DNA from: Clostridia bacterium
GTDB taxonomy: Bacteria; Bacillota; Clostridia; Oscillospirales; RGIG8002
Length of the DNA: 64,000 nt
Direction: 5' to 3'
Assembly: GCA_017453725.1 (NCBI GenBank)
Contig: JAFTEJ010000004.1
Location: 711-64,710 of the forward strand
The notes under the pieces are model-generated. The model worked only from the letters and a program-made list of their open reading frames with translations. It was not told the DNA's origin and ran no database searches. Shown piece after piece: positions 17,601 through 27,061 of this stretch (positions within the stretch are counted from its first letter, which is position 1; each line of letters starts with the position of its first letter). The position numbers and the translations under genes were made by a program.

Positions 17601-20600
17601 TTATTGTTCAAAAACGTCAAGCTTCGCGGCAACGCGAAGGATTCGCAGCACGTCGGAAACGGTTACTGCGCCGTCCTTATCGACGTCGCCCGCTTCGGCC
17701 TGGTAGCCTTCCGGCTCGGCAAGCCCGAGCGCGATACGAAGCGCGGCAAGCGCGTCCGTAACGGTAACCTCTCCGTCATCGTCAAGGTCGCCGTAGGCGT
17801 AAGGCAGAGTCGTGTCAACAACCGTGAAGCTGACGGTGGTCGAATAATCGTCGTAGCCGTTGACGACCTTCAGTTCGTATTCGCCCGGCTCGGTTATCTC
17901 CAGCGGCCTGTATTCTCCCGGCTCATCGATACGGAATGCTCTGTTATAGACCTTGCCGTTCAAGTAGGCGACGTATCCGTTGTCCCAGGAAACGCTGACC
18001 TGCTGCGTTTTAAGGTCATAAGTCTCGCCTTCCGCGACGCCGGATATGACCGGCTTAGCAAGCGGCACGAACTCATAAACGGCCGGATACTTCTCGGCGT
18101 AGGTCTGCGCGTAAGTCCCGGGATGGCCGTAGAGCTTGACGGTTTTTCTGTTGCTGCCGTGATTGAAGAAGGTTCCGCTGATGCTTGTCACGCTTTCGGG
18201 AATATAGACGGATTCGATAAGATACTGAGTGCCTGTGCTGAAATTCGAAATCGTCTGAATACCTTCTTCAAATATGATCTCTCTGACGCGGTATCCGGTG
18301 CCCGAGAATGCGCTTCCGGTAATGCCTGTCAAAGTCTTGAGCCTTATCGTGCCGACTCCCGCTCCGCTGAACGCGTTGGAGGCGATAGCCGTTCCGGCGG
18401 GCACGTCGACGACCGCAAGCAGGCGGCAATCCTTGAACGCGTTGGCGTAAATATTCGTAAGACTCGCCGGGAACTCAAGCTCTCTGAGCGACCAGCACTT
18501 ATTGAACGCATAGTTGCCTATGGTTTTCAGCGTATCCGGAAGCTTCAGCGTCATATGCGTAACGTTTGTTCCGTAACCGGAGAAAGCATAGTTGCCTATG
18601 GCGGTGACCGGATAACCCTCGATCTCGTTCGGGATAACGACGTCGCGTTTGCCGGATATCCCGTGAGTTATCGTGACCTGGTCATTGCTTATCGTATAAA
18701 GGAAATCGCTTGTAGCGGATCTCGATGGATCGACCGAAACGGAGCCCGAAGCGAGCGCCGCGCCGGTATCCGCGTTCACGATTCCGACGGCGTATTCCCC
18801 GCCCTCCTCGATCTTTATCTTCATAACCCGCTCGACGTTGTCGCAATTATCGGACAAAGTCAAGGAGAGAAGATTATCAAATGAGGGATAAATGTGCGTC
18901 GCTCCGCCTTTCGCGGAATCGGTTATCCTGACGGCGACGTTTTCAACGGAAGGCGCTACTCTTGATTTCACATAGATAAACCCGCCGCGCATAATCGAAG
19001 CCGCGTTGGAGAAGGAGTATCCGTCAGCGGATATCTCAACGGAATCACGCGCCGCCGGAGAAATACCGAGCAGGTCGTAATACGCCTTGCTGACCATACG
19101 CGGGGTCGCGTATTTGAGCGAAGCGACCTGAGCGGCGTACTGATACTCGGCGGTGAGCGAAGGACGCACGGTATCGAGCAGCTCGTTGAGCTTGGTCTTA
19201 TCGGTTTCCTGCGGAAGCTCCCACTTGTGCACTCCTTTCGGAGCGGTTCTGGTGGAGAAGAAGACGTAGCGGCTGTCCGGAGAGAACTTGATGCGGGAGA
19301 GTATGAAGCCCTCGTCGTTTTCGTCCTTCTCGCCCGCCTTCAGCGTTTCGAGATAAGTCCCGTCGGCGGCAAAGACCTTCGCGCCGCCGCCGTAAGCCGC
19401 GACAACGATGAACTTGCCGTCCGGCGAATACGCCGCTTCCCTGATGACGTTGCCGAAGCCGCCGAGCAGCGAAACGAGTTCGCCCGTCGCGGCGTTGAAG
19501 AGCCTCGCCGCGCCATAGGTGGAGGTGCAGAGTATATTCTTATCGTCCGGCGAGAAGACGACGCGTCTTACTGAGCCGGTGTTGACGTTGTTAAGCGTGT
19601 TTCTCAAGGTGAGGTCGGCAACGTTATATATATTGACAACTCCCCTGTCGTCCGAGGTCACGAGCAGACTGCCGTCGGAGGAGAAGTCAGCGCCGCGGAT
19701 AGCTCCGATGTGGCCTTCGGTTATGTGTCCGTATTCGCTCCAGTCGGAGGTGTTATAGATGAACGTGCCGTTGCTCGTGGTCGTCACCGCGACCTTCGAG
19801 CCGTCGTCGGAGAGCGCGATGAAGCGCGGGTCGCTGCCGACGTTTATCTCCTGCATCTTCGCGCCTGTGGAGGCGTTGAACACGCGGAAGCACCACTTTT
19901 CGGTGAGCGGCGAATACTTCTGCGAGCCGCCGTTGAAGCCGCCGACTATCAAAGCGCTGCTGTCTTTTGTGAACAACACGTTCTCCTGAATGACGCAGCC
20001 GTTGGTTATCCTTCTCGGAGATTTGCTGTAGTCGGACGTATCGTATATTATCAGATTGCCCTGCGTCGTCGCGACGACGAGCTTGCTGCCGTCGGGCGAA
20101 TACAGCACGCGGAGCGCTCTGACCGCGGGGTCGAGGTTGAGCCACTGCTTCGTCACGTTGGTTACGGGATCGAAGATATAAAGGTTGCTGAGGTGGTCGG
20201 CGGCGGCGCCTTCGGAACCGTCCGGCTTGATGTCCATCGGGAAGTTGACGTCCCAGGCGTCGTAGGTGGTCACCGCGTCTATTCCGGCGGAATAAACGAC
20301 GCTGTCTTCGCTCGTGAAATCGGCGGTGTTATCGCTTATTTCCCCGGCGTCAAGGAAGCAGCGGACGTAATCTATCTGCGTTTCGTACTGTTCCTCTACT
20401 CCCCAGTCAAAATTGACCGTGTTGTAACCGTCTCCTTTTGTGGAGTTGTTGATGATTATATATCTCGCCATATCGCCGAAAGCGAACTTCTTGCCGTCGG
20501 TGTTGAGAATAAGGGACATATACTGCATACCATCGAAATAGTATCTGATCTGATCCTTGTCCAGCTCGACGCCGAAGGTGTGGAATTCATCGCTCAGATA

Positions 20601-22355
20601 CTTTTCGCCGTAACCGTATATCTCCATGAAATGGACCTTCTGCCAATGCGTGCCGCCGTCGTCGGAAGTCCAGTGGAGAGTGCCTATCTGTTCGCCGTTT
20701 TTCTTGATATCGTCGGTCACGACGATCTCCATGATATCGACTTCGCCGCCGCCCATATTCATCATATCGGTCGGCATCATCCAGAACGCCGGGAACTGTC
20801 CGTTGCCGTAAGCGAGCTTGGCGCGGATCTCGACCTTGCCGTAGCTGAACGCGAAGCGGCCGCTGGTGCTCATATAAGTACCCTTGACTTCGTTCGAGCC
20901 GTATCTGGCGGGAGTCGCGGTCAGGTTGAGCATACCGTCGGAAACGTTGAGCTGATCGCCTTCGTCGTCGGTATGAATTGTGGAGACGCTGCCGCCGAAC
21001 CAGAAGCCGTCGTCGACTACCCACTTCGTGCGGTCGAGCTTGTCGCCGTCAAATTCATCGCTCCAGCTCTGGACGTATTCGTTCTCTACGACCTCGTAAA
21101 GATAGAACTTTTTATACGAAGTCCCGGTCGTTGCCTTAACGGTTTCGCCTGCGGTCGTCAGCTTGCCGACGTTCCTGACCTGGATTGACGCTTTGCCTCC
21201 GGAAATGCTTATTGCCCATTCCTGATAGGTATTGTTAAGCTCTGTTTTTTTCGCTTCAACGTTGACGCCGCTCGCGGTGATCGTCATGGCGTTCGAGCAG
21301 GATTTGTTTATCAGACGGAACGTCCCGTTTCCCGACGGCGACGGGGAAAGCTGCCACATCTGGGTGCGGTCGCGTTCCCTGTTTTCTTCGAGCGTGAAAC
21401 TCATTCTTGTATCCACCAGGGCGACGTGTTCGGCGGAATCGATTTGAGTTTCGGTTGTTTCGGGGCCGAATGTTACGGCTTTTTCACTTGTTGTTTCGAT
21501 TATTTTATAGTAGGAATTGTTCTTGATTCCGGCGCGGCTCGTCACCTTCGTCTCGGAATAAGCGGTTTTTGTGCTTCCCTCAAGTATCTCGTCGTACGCG
21601 TTGAGATCGGCGAACCTGAAGGAATCGGCCTGAGTCGTTCCGATGCAAAGATAGCCGAGGTCTGCTTCTTCGTTCACAGCCACGCCTTCAACGGTCGAGA
21701 AACTGTCAAACGGGATAAATACGTAACCGGCGCCTTCAGCCCAAAAGCTCGCGTAAAACATACGGCTCATATCGGAAGCGCCGACGCAAATATCGAACTC
21801 AGCCGGAGCGTCGACGGAGATCCAGAGATTGAATCCGTCGGCGCGTGTGATATCCGTCCCGAACGGCGGCGCGGCGACAATGCCGTCGCCCGCCGCGTTC
21901 GAGTTTGAAATGTAAGGCGAATTCCCGCTGACGCTTACGGAGAAATCAACTCCGTCGGGTTTGTTTTCGGTATCGACGGAATGAGAAGAAGCATACTCGT
22001 TCATCTGCGCGAGAGCGGCTTCGTCCCAGCCGGAAACGCCGGTCAGCCCTATCAGGCTGAAGCCGTACATCTGCGCAAGAGAATCCTCCGCGGCGCGAAG
22101 AGCGTCAAGCGCGGCGTCGACCTTTTCCTGAGGCGCGGCTTCGTCGAAGAATACCGCCTCGGCTCTTTCGACGCGGTCGGCAAGATACTTGCGCGACTGC
22201 TCGCCGTAGCCCTTATTCAGCAAGACATTTGCTGCCGTTATCTCCGCGGCGAGCGCGGAGGTGTCCGAGGCCGACGCGGGGACAAGCCCTGCTATCGGCA
22301 GCAACGACGCCGCGAGAGCGAGCGTGAGGATTAACGCGATGATCTTTTTTCTCAT
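17601..22355 (-). CDS. 1584-aa secreted multidomain protein (paralogue A2), same architecture as A1
   Basis: Collinear with 12834..17549 and shares long identical peptide runs (QMWQLSPSPSGNGTFR, IQVRNVGKLTTAGETVKATTGT, LFTKDSSALIVGGFNGGSQKYS). GH16 motif GEVDIMEIV. Dockerin loops DLDDDGEVTVTDA and DVDKDGAVTVSDV. Confidence 0.8.
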   Translation of the reverse strand: MRKKIIALILTLALAASLLPIAGLVPASASDTSALAAEITAANVLLNKGYGEQSRKYLADRVERAEAVFFDEAAPQEKVDAALDALRAAEDSLAQMYGFSLIGLTGVSGWDEAALAQMNEYASSHSVDTENKPDGVDFSVSVSGNSPYISNSNAAGDGIVAAPPFGTDITRADGFNLWISVDAPAEFDICVGASDMSRMFYASFWAEGAGYVFIPFDSFSTVEGVAVNEEADLGYLCIGTTQADSFRFADLNAYDEILEGSTKTAYSETKVTSRAGIKNNSYYKIIETTSEKAVTFGPETTETQIDSAEHVALVDTRMSFTLEENRERDRTQMWQLSPSPSGNGTFRLINKSCSNAMTITASGVNVEAKKTELNNTYQEWAISISGGKASIQVRNVGKLTTAGETVKATTGTSYKKFYLYEVVENEYVQSWSDEFDGDKLDRTKWVVDDGFWFGGSVSTIHTDDEGDQLNVSDGMLNLTATPARYGSNEVKGTYMSTSGRFAFSYGKVEIRAKLAYGNGQFPAFWMMPTDMMNMGGGEVDIMEIVVTDDIKKNGEQIGTLHWTSDDGGTHWQKVHFMEIYGYGEKYLSDEFHTFGVELDKDQIRYYFDGMQYMSLILNTDGKKFAFGDMARYIIINNSTKGDGYNTVNFDWGVEEQYETQIDYVRCFLDAGEISDNTADFTSEDSVVYSAGIDAVTTYDAWDVNFPMDIKPDGSEGAAADHLSNLYIFDPVTNVTKQWLNLDPAVRALRVLYSPDGSKLVVATTQGNLIIYDTSDYSKSPRRITNGCVIQENVLFTKDSSALIVGGFNGGSQKYSPLTEKWCFRVFNASTGAKMQEINVGSDPRFIALSDDGSKVAVTTTSNGTFIYNTSDWSEYGHITEGHIGAIRGADFSSDGSLLVTSDDRGVVNIYNVADLTLRNTLNNVNTGSVRRVVFSPDDKNILCTSTYGAARLFNAATGELVSLLGGFGNVIREAAYSPDGKFIVVAAYGGGAKVFAADGTYLETLKAGEKDENDEGFILSRIKFSPDSRYVFFSTRTAPKGVHKWELPQETDKTKLNELLDTVRPSLTAEYQYAAQVASLKYATPRMVSKAYYDLLGISPAARDSVEISADGYSFSNAASIMRGGFIYVKSRVAPSVENVAVRITDSAKGGATHIYPSFDNLLSLTLSDNCDNVERVMKIKIEEGGEYAVGIVNADTGAALASGSVSVDPSRSATSDFLYTISNDQVTITHGISGKRDVVIPNEIEGYPVTAIGNYAFSGYGTNVTHMTLKLPDTLKTIGNYAFNKCWSLRELEFPASLTNIYANAFKDCRLLAVVDVPAGTAIASNAFSGAGVGTIRLKTLTGITGSAFSGTGYRVREIIFEEGIQTISNFSTGTQYLIESVYIPESVTSISGTFFNHGSNRKTVKLYGHPGTYAQTYAEKYPAVYEFVPLAKPVISGVAEGETYDLKTQQVSVSWDNGYVAYLNGKVYNRAFRIDEPGEYRPLEITEPGEYELKVVNGYDDYSTTVSFTVVDTTLPYAYGDLDDDGEVTVTDALAALRIALGLAEPEGYQAEAGDVDKDGAVTVSDVLRILRVAAKLDVFEQ

Positions 22356-22440
22356 AATGATCCCTCCGTTATTTCAGCTTTCAGATACGATCGGGGGCTT
22401 CCCCGGTGTCAAATCGGTCCGGCTTGATCCGCCGGGCAAA

Positions 22441-25400
22441 TCATTCAAGTCCCGCAGCCTTGCGGAGAATGTGAAGCGCATCGGAAACGGTGATCTCGCC
22501 GTCGCCGTCAACGTCGGCGGCGGAGAATGTGTTTCCTTCGGGAGCATCGGCAAGTCCGACAGATACGCGAAGAGCTATCAAGGCGTCTCCGACAGTGATT
22601 TCGTCATCGCCGTCGATGTCGCCGGGCGTGTAAAGCGCGGGCATCTCGGTGAGTTTGAAATCGGCGATGAGCGGATAGTGGTCGGAAGTGCCCTGGAGGT
22701 CGGAGTCCGTTACACGCGCGGTGAACAGGCATTCAGTGCCGACGGAATGGAAGATGTGGTCGACAACTCCGGGCGCCGGATGAGCGTCCGCGTCAACGAG
22801 AACGCCGCTGTTCACGATGGTGTTATAGGGAACGTCGCCCGCCGGGCAGTTCATATCGCCGGTGGAAATATAGGGGCAGTTCCACTGAGAGATATACTCT
22901 CTCGCCTTCCTGACGAGCTCGCCCGCCTGGACGTTTCTCTCGTAAGTCTTATCTCCGCCGTCGGAGCCTTCCCAGCCGGGATCGAGGTGCGTGGAGCTGA
23001 CGATGAATCTTCTGCCGTCGCTGATGCGCTCAAAGACGCCGATGTCGATAAGGCGGAATCTCGGACTGTTGCCGATGGTGTAGGAATAGACCTCGCTTGC
23101 GATAACGCGCACCTTGGTCTTATCGTAGATTATCGGGCTGCAGTTCATATCGGCCTGACCGCCGAAGTCGGGGTTGAGGAACTCATAGGTATCGCCGAGA
23201 AGCTGCTTTATACCCTCATGCCATTTCTCAGAGCACTCCTGCAAGCCTACGACGTCGGGCTTGTAGTAATCGATGAAAGCCTTGAACTTGTTGGGTCTGT
23301 CGCCGATGACCCAGGGACTCCAGCTGAAGTCCTCCTGCGCGACAAGCACGTTGAAGGATACGATTCTGATATCGGCGCCGTCAACGAGCTGTTCAGGATA
23401 TTCGCCGTAGTAACCGCTGCCTTCTCTGTGAATAATCTCTACGTCGTCGATATAAATCGCGCTGCCGTCGGGCGCACTGCCCGCGGAGAAGTTGATGTAC
23501 CAGTCGGCGTAATCGCCGCTGTTGAACGCGATAGCGTAGCGTCTCCACTCATCGGTAAGAGCGATGGAGTTCGAGCAAATCTTCTCCTTGTCGCCGAAAA
23601 TGTAGCTGTGATACTGCTTCGTTCCGCCGGAAGCCGAATCCCACTTCGCCCAGAAGACGAGGATGTACTCGGTGTTCTTCGTAAGTATCAGACCGGTCTG
23701 CTTGGCAACGCTCTGATAATAGGTGCTGCCCATAAGGCGGAGCGAATGATCGCCCTCGTGCGCAACGTCGCTGAGAGCGGTGGTGCCGCCGGTGGTCCAG
23801 GGAGAGTAGCCGTTCTCTTCAAATCCGCCGTTTCTGATAAGGATCTCGTCGGGCTTCTCTTCGAGCACGACGTCGTCGATGATCAGAGCGGCTCCGTCGG
23901 GCGAGCTGGACGCCGAGAAGTTGACGTAGCAGGAGGTAACGTCTCCGCTGTTGAAGGAAATGGTGTAGAAGGTCCATTCAGCGGGTATGCCTATATATTC
24001 GCTTACGATTTTAGTGCTGCCCGAGTCATAGACGCCGACGTGATAGCCCTTCGAGCCCTGAGCGTCCGGATCGCCCTTCGCCCAGAAGCAAAGCATATAA
24101 TCGGTGTTGGGCTTGATGGTTATGCCCGTCTGTCTCGCGGCCTTCCCGTATGAACCCGTGGCGAGAAGGCGGAGCGCCTGACTGCCGGCGTGAGCGTCCG
24201 CTGTAAGCGCGGTGCTCTCATAAAGCGTCCAGGGATCTGCAGTCGCGGCTTCAAAGTTGCCGTTCTTGATAAGCGTTGTGTCTGCGAAAACTTCCATAGC
24301 GAAATCGTCAACTACCACGGCGCTGCCGTCGGGCGAGCTGCCGGCTGAAAAATGGATGTAACACTCGGTAAAATCACCGCTGTTGAATCTGACGGTATAG
24401 AGCGTCCATTCGTTTGTTATATCGATGGCCTTATCGGTAAACTTGTTATCCTGTCCGCTGCTTCCGCCGAAAACGTACGCGTGATAAGATTTTGCTCCGG
24501 TGCTGTTCTCGGCAGCCTTCGCCCAGAAGGTGTAGACATAATCCGTATTCGGCTCGATCTTAAGTCCCATCTGTCTGGCGACCTTCGCGTAATAACTGGT
24601 ACCGGAGAGAATCAGCGCCTTGCTTCCGGTGTGAGCGTCTGAGGTTATCGCGCTGCTGCCGAAGATTTCCCACGGATCGACGCTCGTGTTCTCGAAGCCG
24701 GGGTTCTTGATAATGCCGTCGGTGTTTTCCGGCGCGACCTCGAGCAGCACATCGTCAATAAGGATAGCGCCGCCGTCCGGCGAGCTCCCGCAGGAGAAGT
24801 TAACGTAACCGAATGTATACTCGCCGCTGTTGAACTCGAGAGTATAAAGGGTCCAATCATTTGAAATGGTTATGGTGTTGCTCTTGAGCTGGTTATGATA
24901 ATCGCTCCCGCCAACAACATAGGCGTGATAGCCCTTCGAGCCGGGATTATTCGGATCGCCCTTCGCCCAGAACGAAAGGACATAATCGGTGTTTGGCTCG
25001 AAAACTACGTTATTCTGTCTTGCGGCAGAGCCGTAGCTTCCGGTAGAGAGAGCGCGGAGCGCGTAGCTGCCTTCGTGCGCGTCCGTAACGATAGAACTGC
25101 CGCTGTTAATAACCCAAGGATCGGCGTTTCCGGTCTCGAAGCCGCCGTTCTTTATGAGAGCGTCGTCAACCTCTGCAACCGCCTCCATATAGAGATCGTC
25201 GATAACTATCGCGGTGCCGTCGGGCGAGCTGCCGGTGGAGAAATTGATAAAGCAGGATGTGTAGTCACCGCTGTTGAACTCTATGGTGTACTGTCTCCAG
25301 TCGGATGTGGGAGAGAAGGAATTATCCGCAAGCTTATTACTGCCGCTACTGCCGCCGAAAACGTAAGCGTGATAACCCTTCGAGCCGGTGTTGTCGGAAG

Positions 25401-26157
25401 CGGCCTTCGCCCAGAAGGTGAAGACGTAATCGGTGTTCGCCTCGAGAGCGATGTTTTCCTGCCTCGCGACCTTGGTGTAGTTCGAGGAGCCCGAAGGAGC
25501 AAACAGACGCAGCGCCTTGCTGCCTTCGTGCGCTTCGGTCGTCAGCGCGGTTTCGGAATAAATGAGCCACGGATTGATGCTCGAGGCTTCAAATCCGCCG
25601 TTCTTTATCATAGCCGTATCGGGTTCCTCAACCTTAAGAAGAACAGCGTCGTCAATAACGGCAACGCCGCCGTCCGGCGCGCTGGGAGTTGTGAAATTGA
25701 CATAGCATTCGGTAAATTCGCCGCTGTTGAACTCGATGGTATACTGACCCCAGGCAGAGGTTATTCCGAAATACACGTTACCCAGCTTCGTTTTGCCGGT
25801 CGAGTCATAAACGTAGGCGTGGAAGCCTTTGGTGCCGGTAGAATCGGCCGCGCCCTTTGCCCAGAATGTGAAGACATAGTCGGTATTCGCTTCAAGCGCG
25901 ATACCTTCCTGTCTCAGGACCTTCGCGTATTTATCGGCGGCGGAAATGCTCACGGCGCCTGTGCCTGAATGAGCATCGGTCGAAATCGCCGAATCGGCGT
26001 AGATCAGCCAGCCGTCCAAACCGTTTTCAAAACCGCCGTTGACTATCAAATTGTCTTCGGTGGTAGCTGCCGACGCCGGAAAAGCGACGACGTATGACGT
26101 TGCGATCATTGCAAACGCGAGGATCGCGGCAATGATACTCTTGATTCTTGACTTCAT
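22441..26157 (-). CDS. 1238-aa secreted protein: six tandem CBM_4_9-like modules + EEP-family hydrolase + dockerin
   Basis: Signal peptide ending FPASA. Six ~146-150-aa repeats each carry the (I/V)xNGGFE...W...DAH.G...NTDY...FWAK...YH.Y...W..Y...FNSG...SPDG...IDD pattern. The EEP motifs are intact (IVSFNVL, VGLQEC, VSSTHL, TGDMNCP, TSDHYPL). Dockerin loops DIDGDDEITVGDA and DVDGDGEITVSDA. Confidence 0.8.
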   Translation of the reverse strand: MKSRIKSIIAAILAFAMIATSYVVAFPASAATTEDNLIVNGGFENGLDGWLIYADSAISTDAHSGTGAVSISAADKYAKVLRQEGIALEANTDYVFTFWAKGAADSTGTKGFHAYVYDSTGKTKLGNVYFGITSAWGQYTIEFNSGEFTECYVNFTTPSAPDGGVAVIDDAVLLKVEEPDTAMIKNGGFEASSINPWLIYSETALTTEAHEGSKALRLFAPSGSSNYTKVARQENIALEANTDYVFTFWAKAASDNTGSKGYHAYVFGGSSGSNKLADNSFSPTSDWRQYTIEFNSGDYTSCFINFSTGSSPDGTAIVIDDLYMEAVAEVDDALIKNGGFETGNADPWVINSGSSIVTDAHEGSYALRALSTGSYGSAARQNNVVFEPNTDYVLSFWAKGDPNNPGSKGYHAYVVGGSDYHNQLKSNTITISNDWTLYTLEFNSGEYTFGYVNFSCGSSPDGGAILIDDVLLEVAPENTDGIIKNPGFENTSVDPWEIFGSSAITSDAHTGSKALILSGTSYYAKVARQMGLKIEPNTDYVYTFWAKAAENSTGAKSYHAYVFGGSSGQDNKFTDKAIDITNEWTLYTVRFNSGDFTECYIHFSAGSSPDGSAVVVDDFAMEVFADTTLIKNGNFEAATADPWTLYESTALTADAHAGSQALRLLATGSYGKAARQTGITIKPNTDYMLCFWAKGDPDAQGSKGYHVGVYDSGSTKIVSEYIGIPAEWTFYTISFNSGDVTSCYVNFSASSSPDGAALIIDDVVLEEKPDEILIRNGGFEENGYSPWTTGGTTALSDVAHEGDHSLRLMGSTYYQSVAKQTGLILTKNTEYILVFWAKWDSASGGTKQYHSYIFGDKEKICSNSIALTDEWRRYAIAFNSGDYADWYINFSAGSAPDGSAIYIDDVEIIHREGSGYYGEYPEQLVDGADIRIVSFNVLVAQEDFSWSPWVIGDRPNKFKAFIDYYKPDVVGLQECSEKWHEGIKQLLGDTYEFLNPDFGGQADMNCSPIIYDKTKVRVIASEVYSYTIGNSPRFRLIDIGVFERISDGRRFIVSSTHLDPGWEGSDGGDKTYERNVQAGELVRKAREYISQWNCPYISTGDMNCPAGDVPYNTIVNSGVLVDADAHPAPGVVDHIFHSVGTECLFTARVTDSDLQGTSDHYPLIADFKLTEMPALYTPGDIDGDDEITVGDALIALRVSVGLADAPEGNTFSAADVDGDGEITVSDALHILRKAAGLE
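23428..26055 (-). repeat. six tandem coding repeats (~440 nt period) encoding the CBM-like modules
   Basis: I counted residues by hand in the 1238-aa translation. The modules fall at about aa 35-178, 181-329, 331-477, 480-625, 627-768 and 770-910. Confidence 0.75.
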
Positions 26158-26215
26158 TTGATTCCCTCCAAAATTTGAGAATATTTATTAACGCCGACGG
26201 AACGGCAAGAATAAA

Positions 26216-26983
26216 CTAACAACCGCCGAGTACGAAATCGGCAAAAAGCGGCAGATGATCTGACGCGCCGCGCGTGTTCTCGTCATCTACGACCGCGACG
26301 CGAAGCGAACGAACGCCGTCGGTGCGGAAGATGTGATCAACGATATTCGGAAGCGGCGCTTGGTCGGCGTCTGTGAAAACGCCGTTTTGCGTCAAAGCGC
26401 GGTATTCCGGCTTATCAGGCGTTATGTTCATATCTCCGGCGGAGATGAACGGACAACCGTATCCGGCGTTATACCGTTCTGCGGTTTCGATAAGCTCGCC
26501 TATCTGTATCAGCCGCTCCGGGGTTCTGTCGCCCGGATAGTCGGAATCGAGGTGAGTGCTCGAAACTGCGAAGCGCCTTCCGTCGGCGATGCGCTCGAAA
26601 ACCCCGACGTTGACAAGCCGCATACGGTCGCAGTTTGATACGGAATAAACGGCGACTTCACCGGCGACCGGTCTGACTTTGCGCACATTATATATAAGCG
26701 CGGTGTTGACGTAGTCTTTCTCGCCTTTGAAATCGGGGTTGAAAAACTCATATTCGCCGTAAAGCAGCTCGCGGAACGCCGCAAACCAGCCCGTGCTCGC
26801 CTCCTGAAGCCCAACGACGTCGGGAGAATAGTGTCTCAGGCACTCAACCGCGCCGGTCGGACGCTCTCCGAGCGGCGTTCCCCAGTCGTAGTCGTCCGAG
26901 TCGACGAGCAGGTTATACGACATAACGCGGATATCAGCGTCATCGCGGCTCACAAAGCTTCCGACTCTGTCGATATATGACAT
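26216..26983 (-). CDS. EEP-family hydrolase with no signal peptide and no dockerin (cytoplasmic paralogue)
   Basis: 255 aa with a GGAGGTG RBS. Motifs VMSYNLL, VGLQEA, VSSTHL, AGDMNIT and ASDHLPL are present. It is collinear with the EEP domains at 11725..12795 and 22441..26157. Confidence 0.75.
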   Translation of the reverse strand: MSYIDRVGSFVSRDDADIRVMSYNLLVDSDDYDWGTPLGERPTGAVECLRHYSPDVVGLQEASTGWFAAFRELLYGEYEFFNPDFKGEKDYVNTALIYNVRKVRPVAGEVAVYSVSNCDRMRLVNVGVFERIADGRRFAVSSTHLDSDYPGDRTPERLIQIGELIETAERYNAGYGCPFISAGDMNITPDKPEYRALTQNGVFTDADQAPLPNIVDHIFRTDGVRSLRVAVVDDENTRGASDHLPLFADFVLGGC

Positions 26984-27061
26984 TTATCCCGTTTCACCTC
27001 CGCGAACAGATGGACCATAGTCAACTTCATGCGGTTGACAACAGCCGTTCCCTTCGCATTA

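Noticed and set aside
23428-26055. A regular ~440-nt periodicity that could be mistaken for a repeat array or CRISPR-like structure.
   Set aside because: The period is far too long for CRISPR. The repeats are in frame and encode six homologous CBM-like protein modules, and no short direct repeats with unique spacers are present anywhere in the window.
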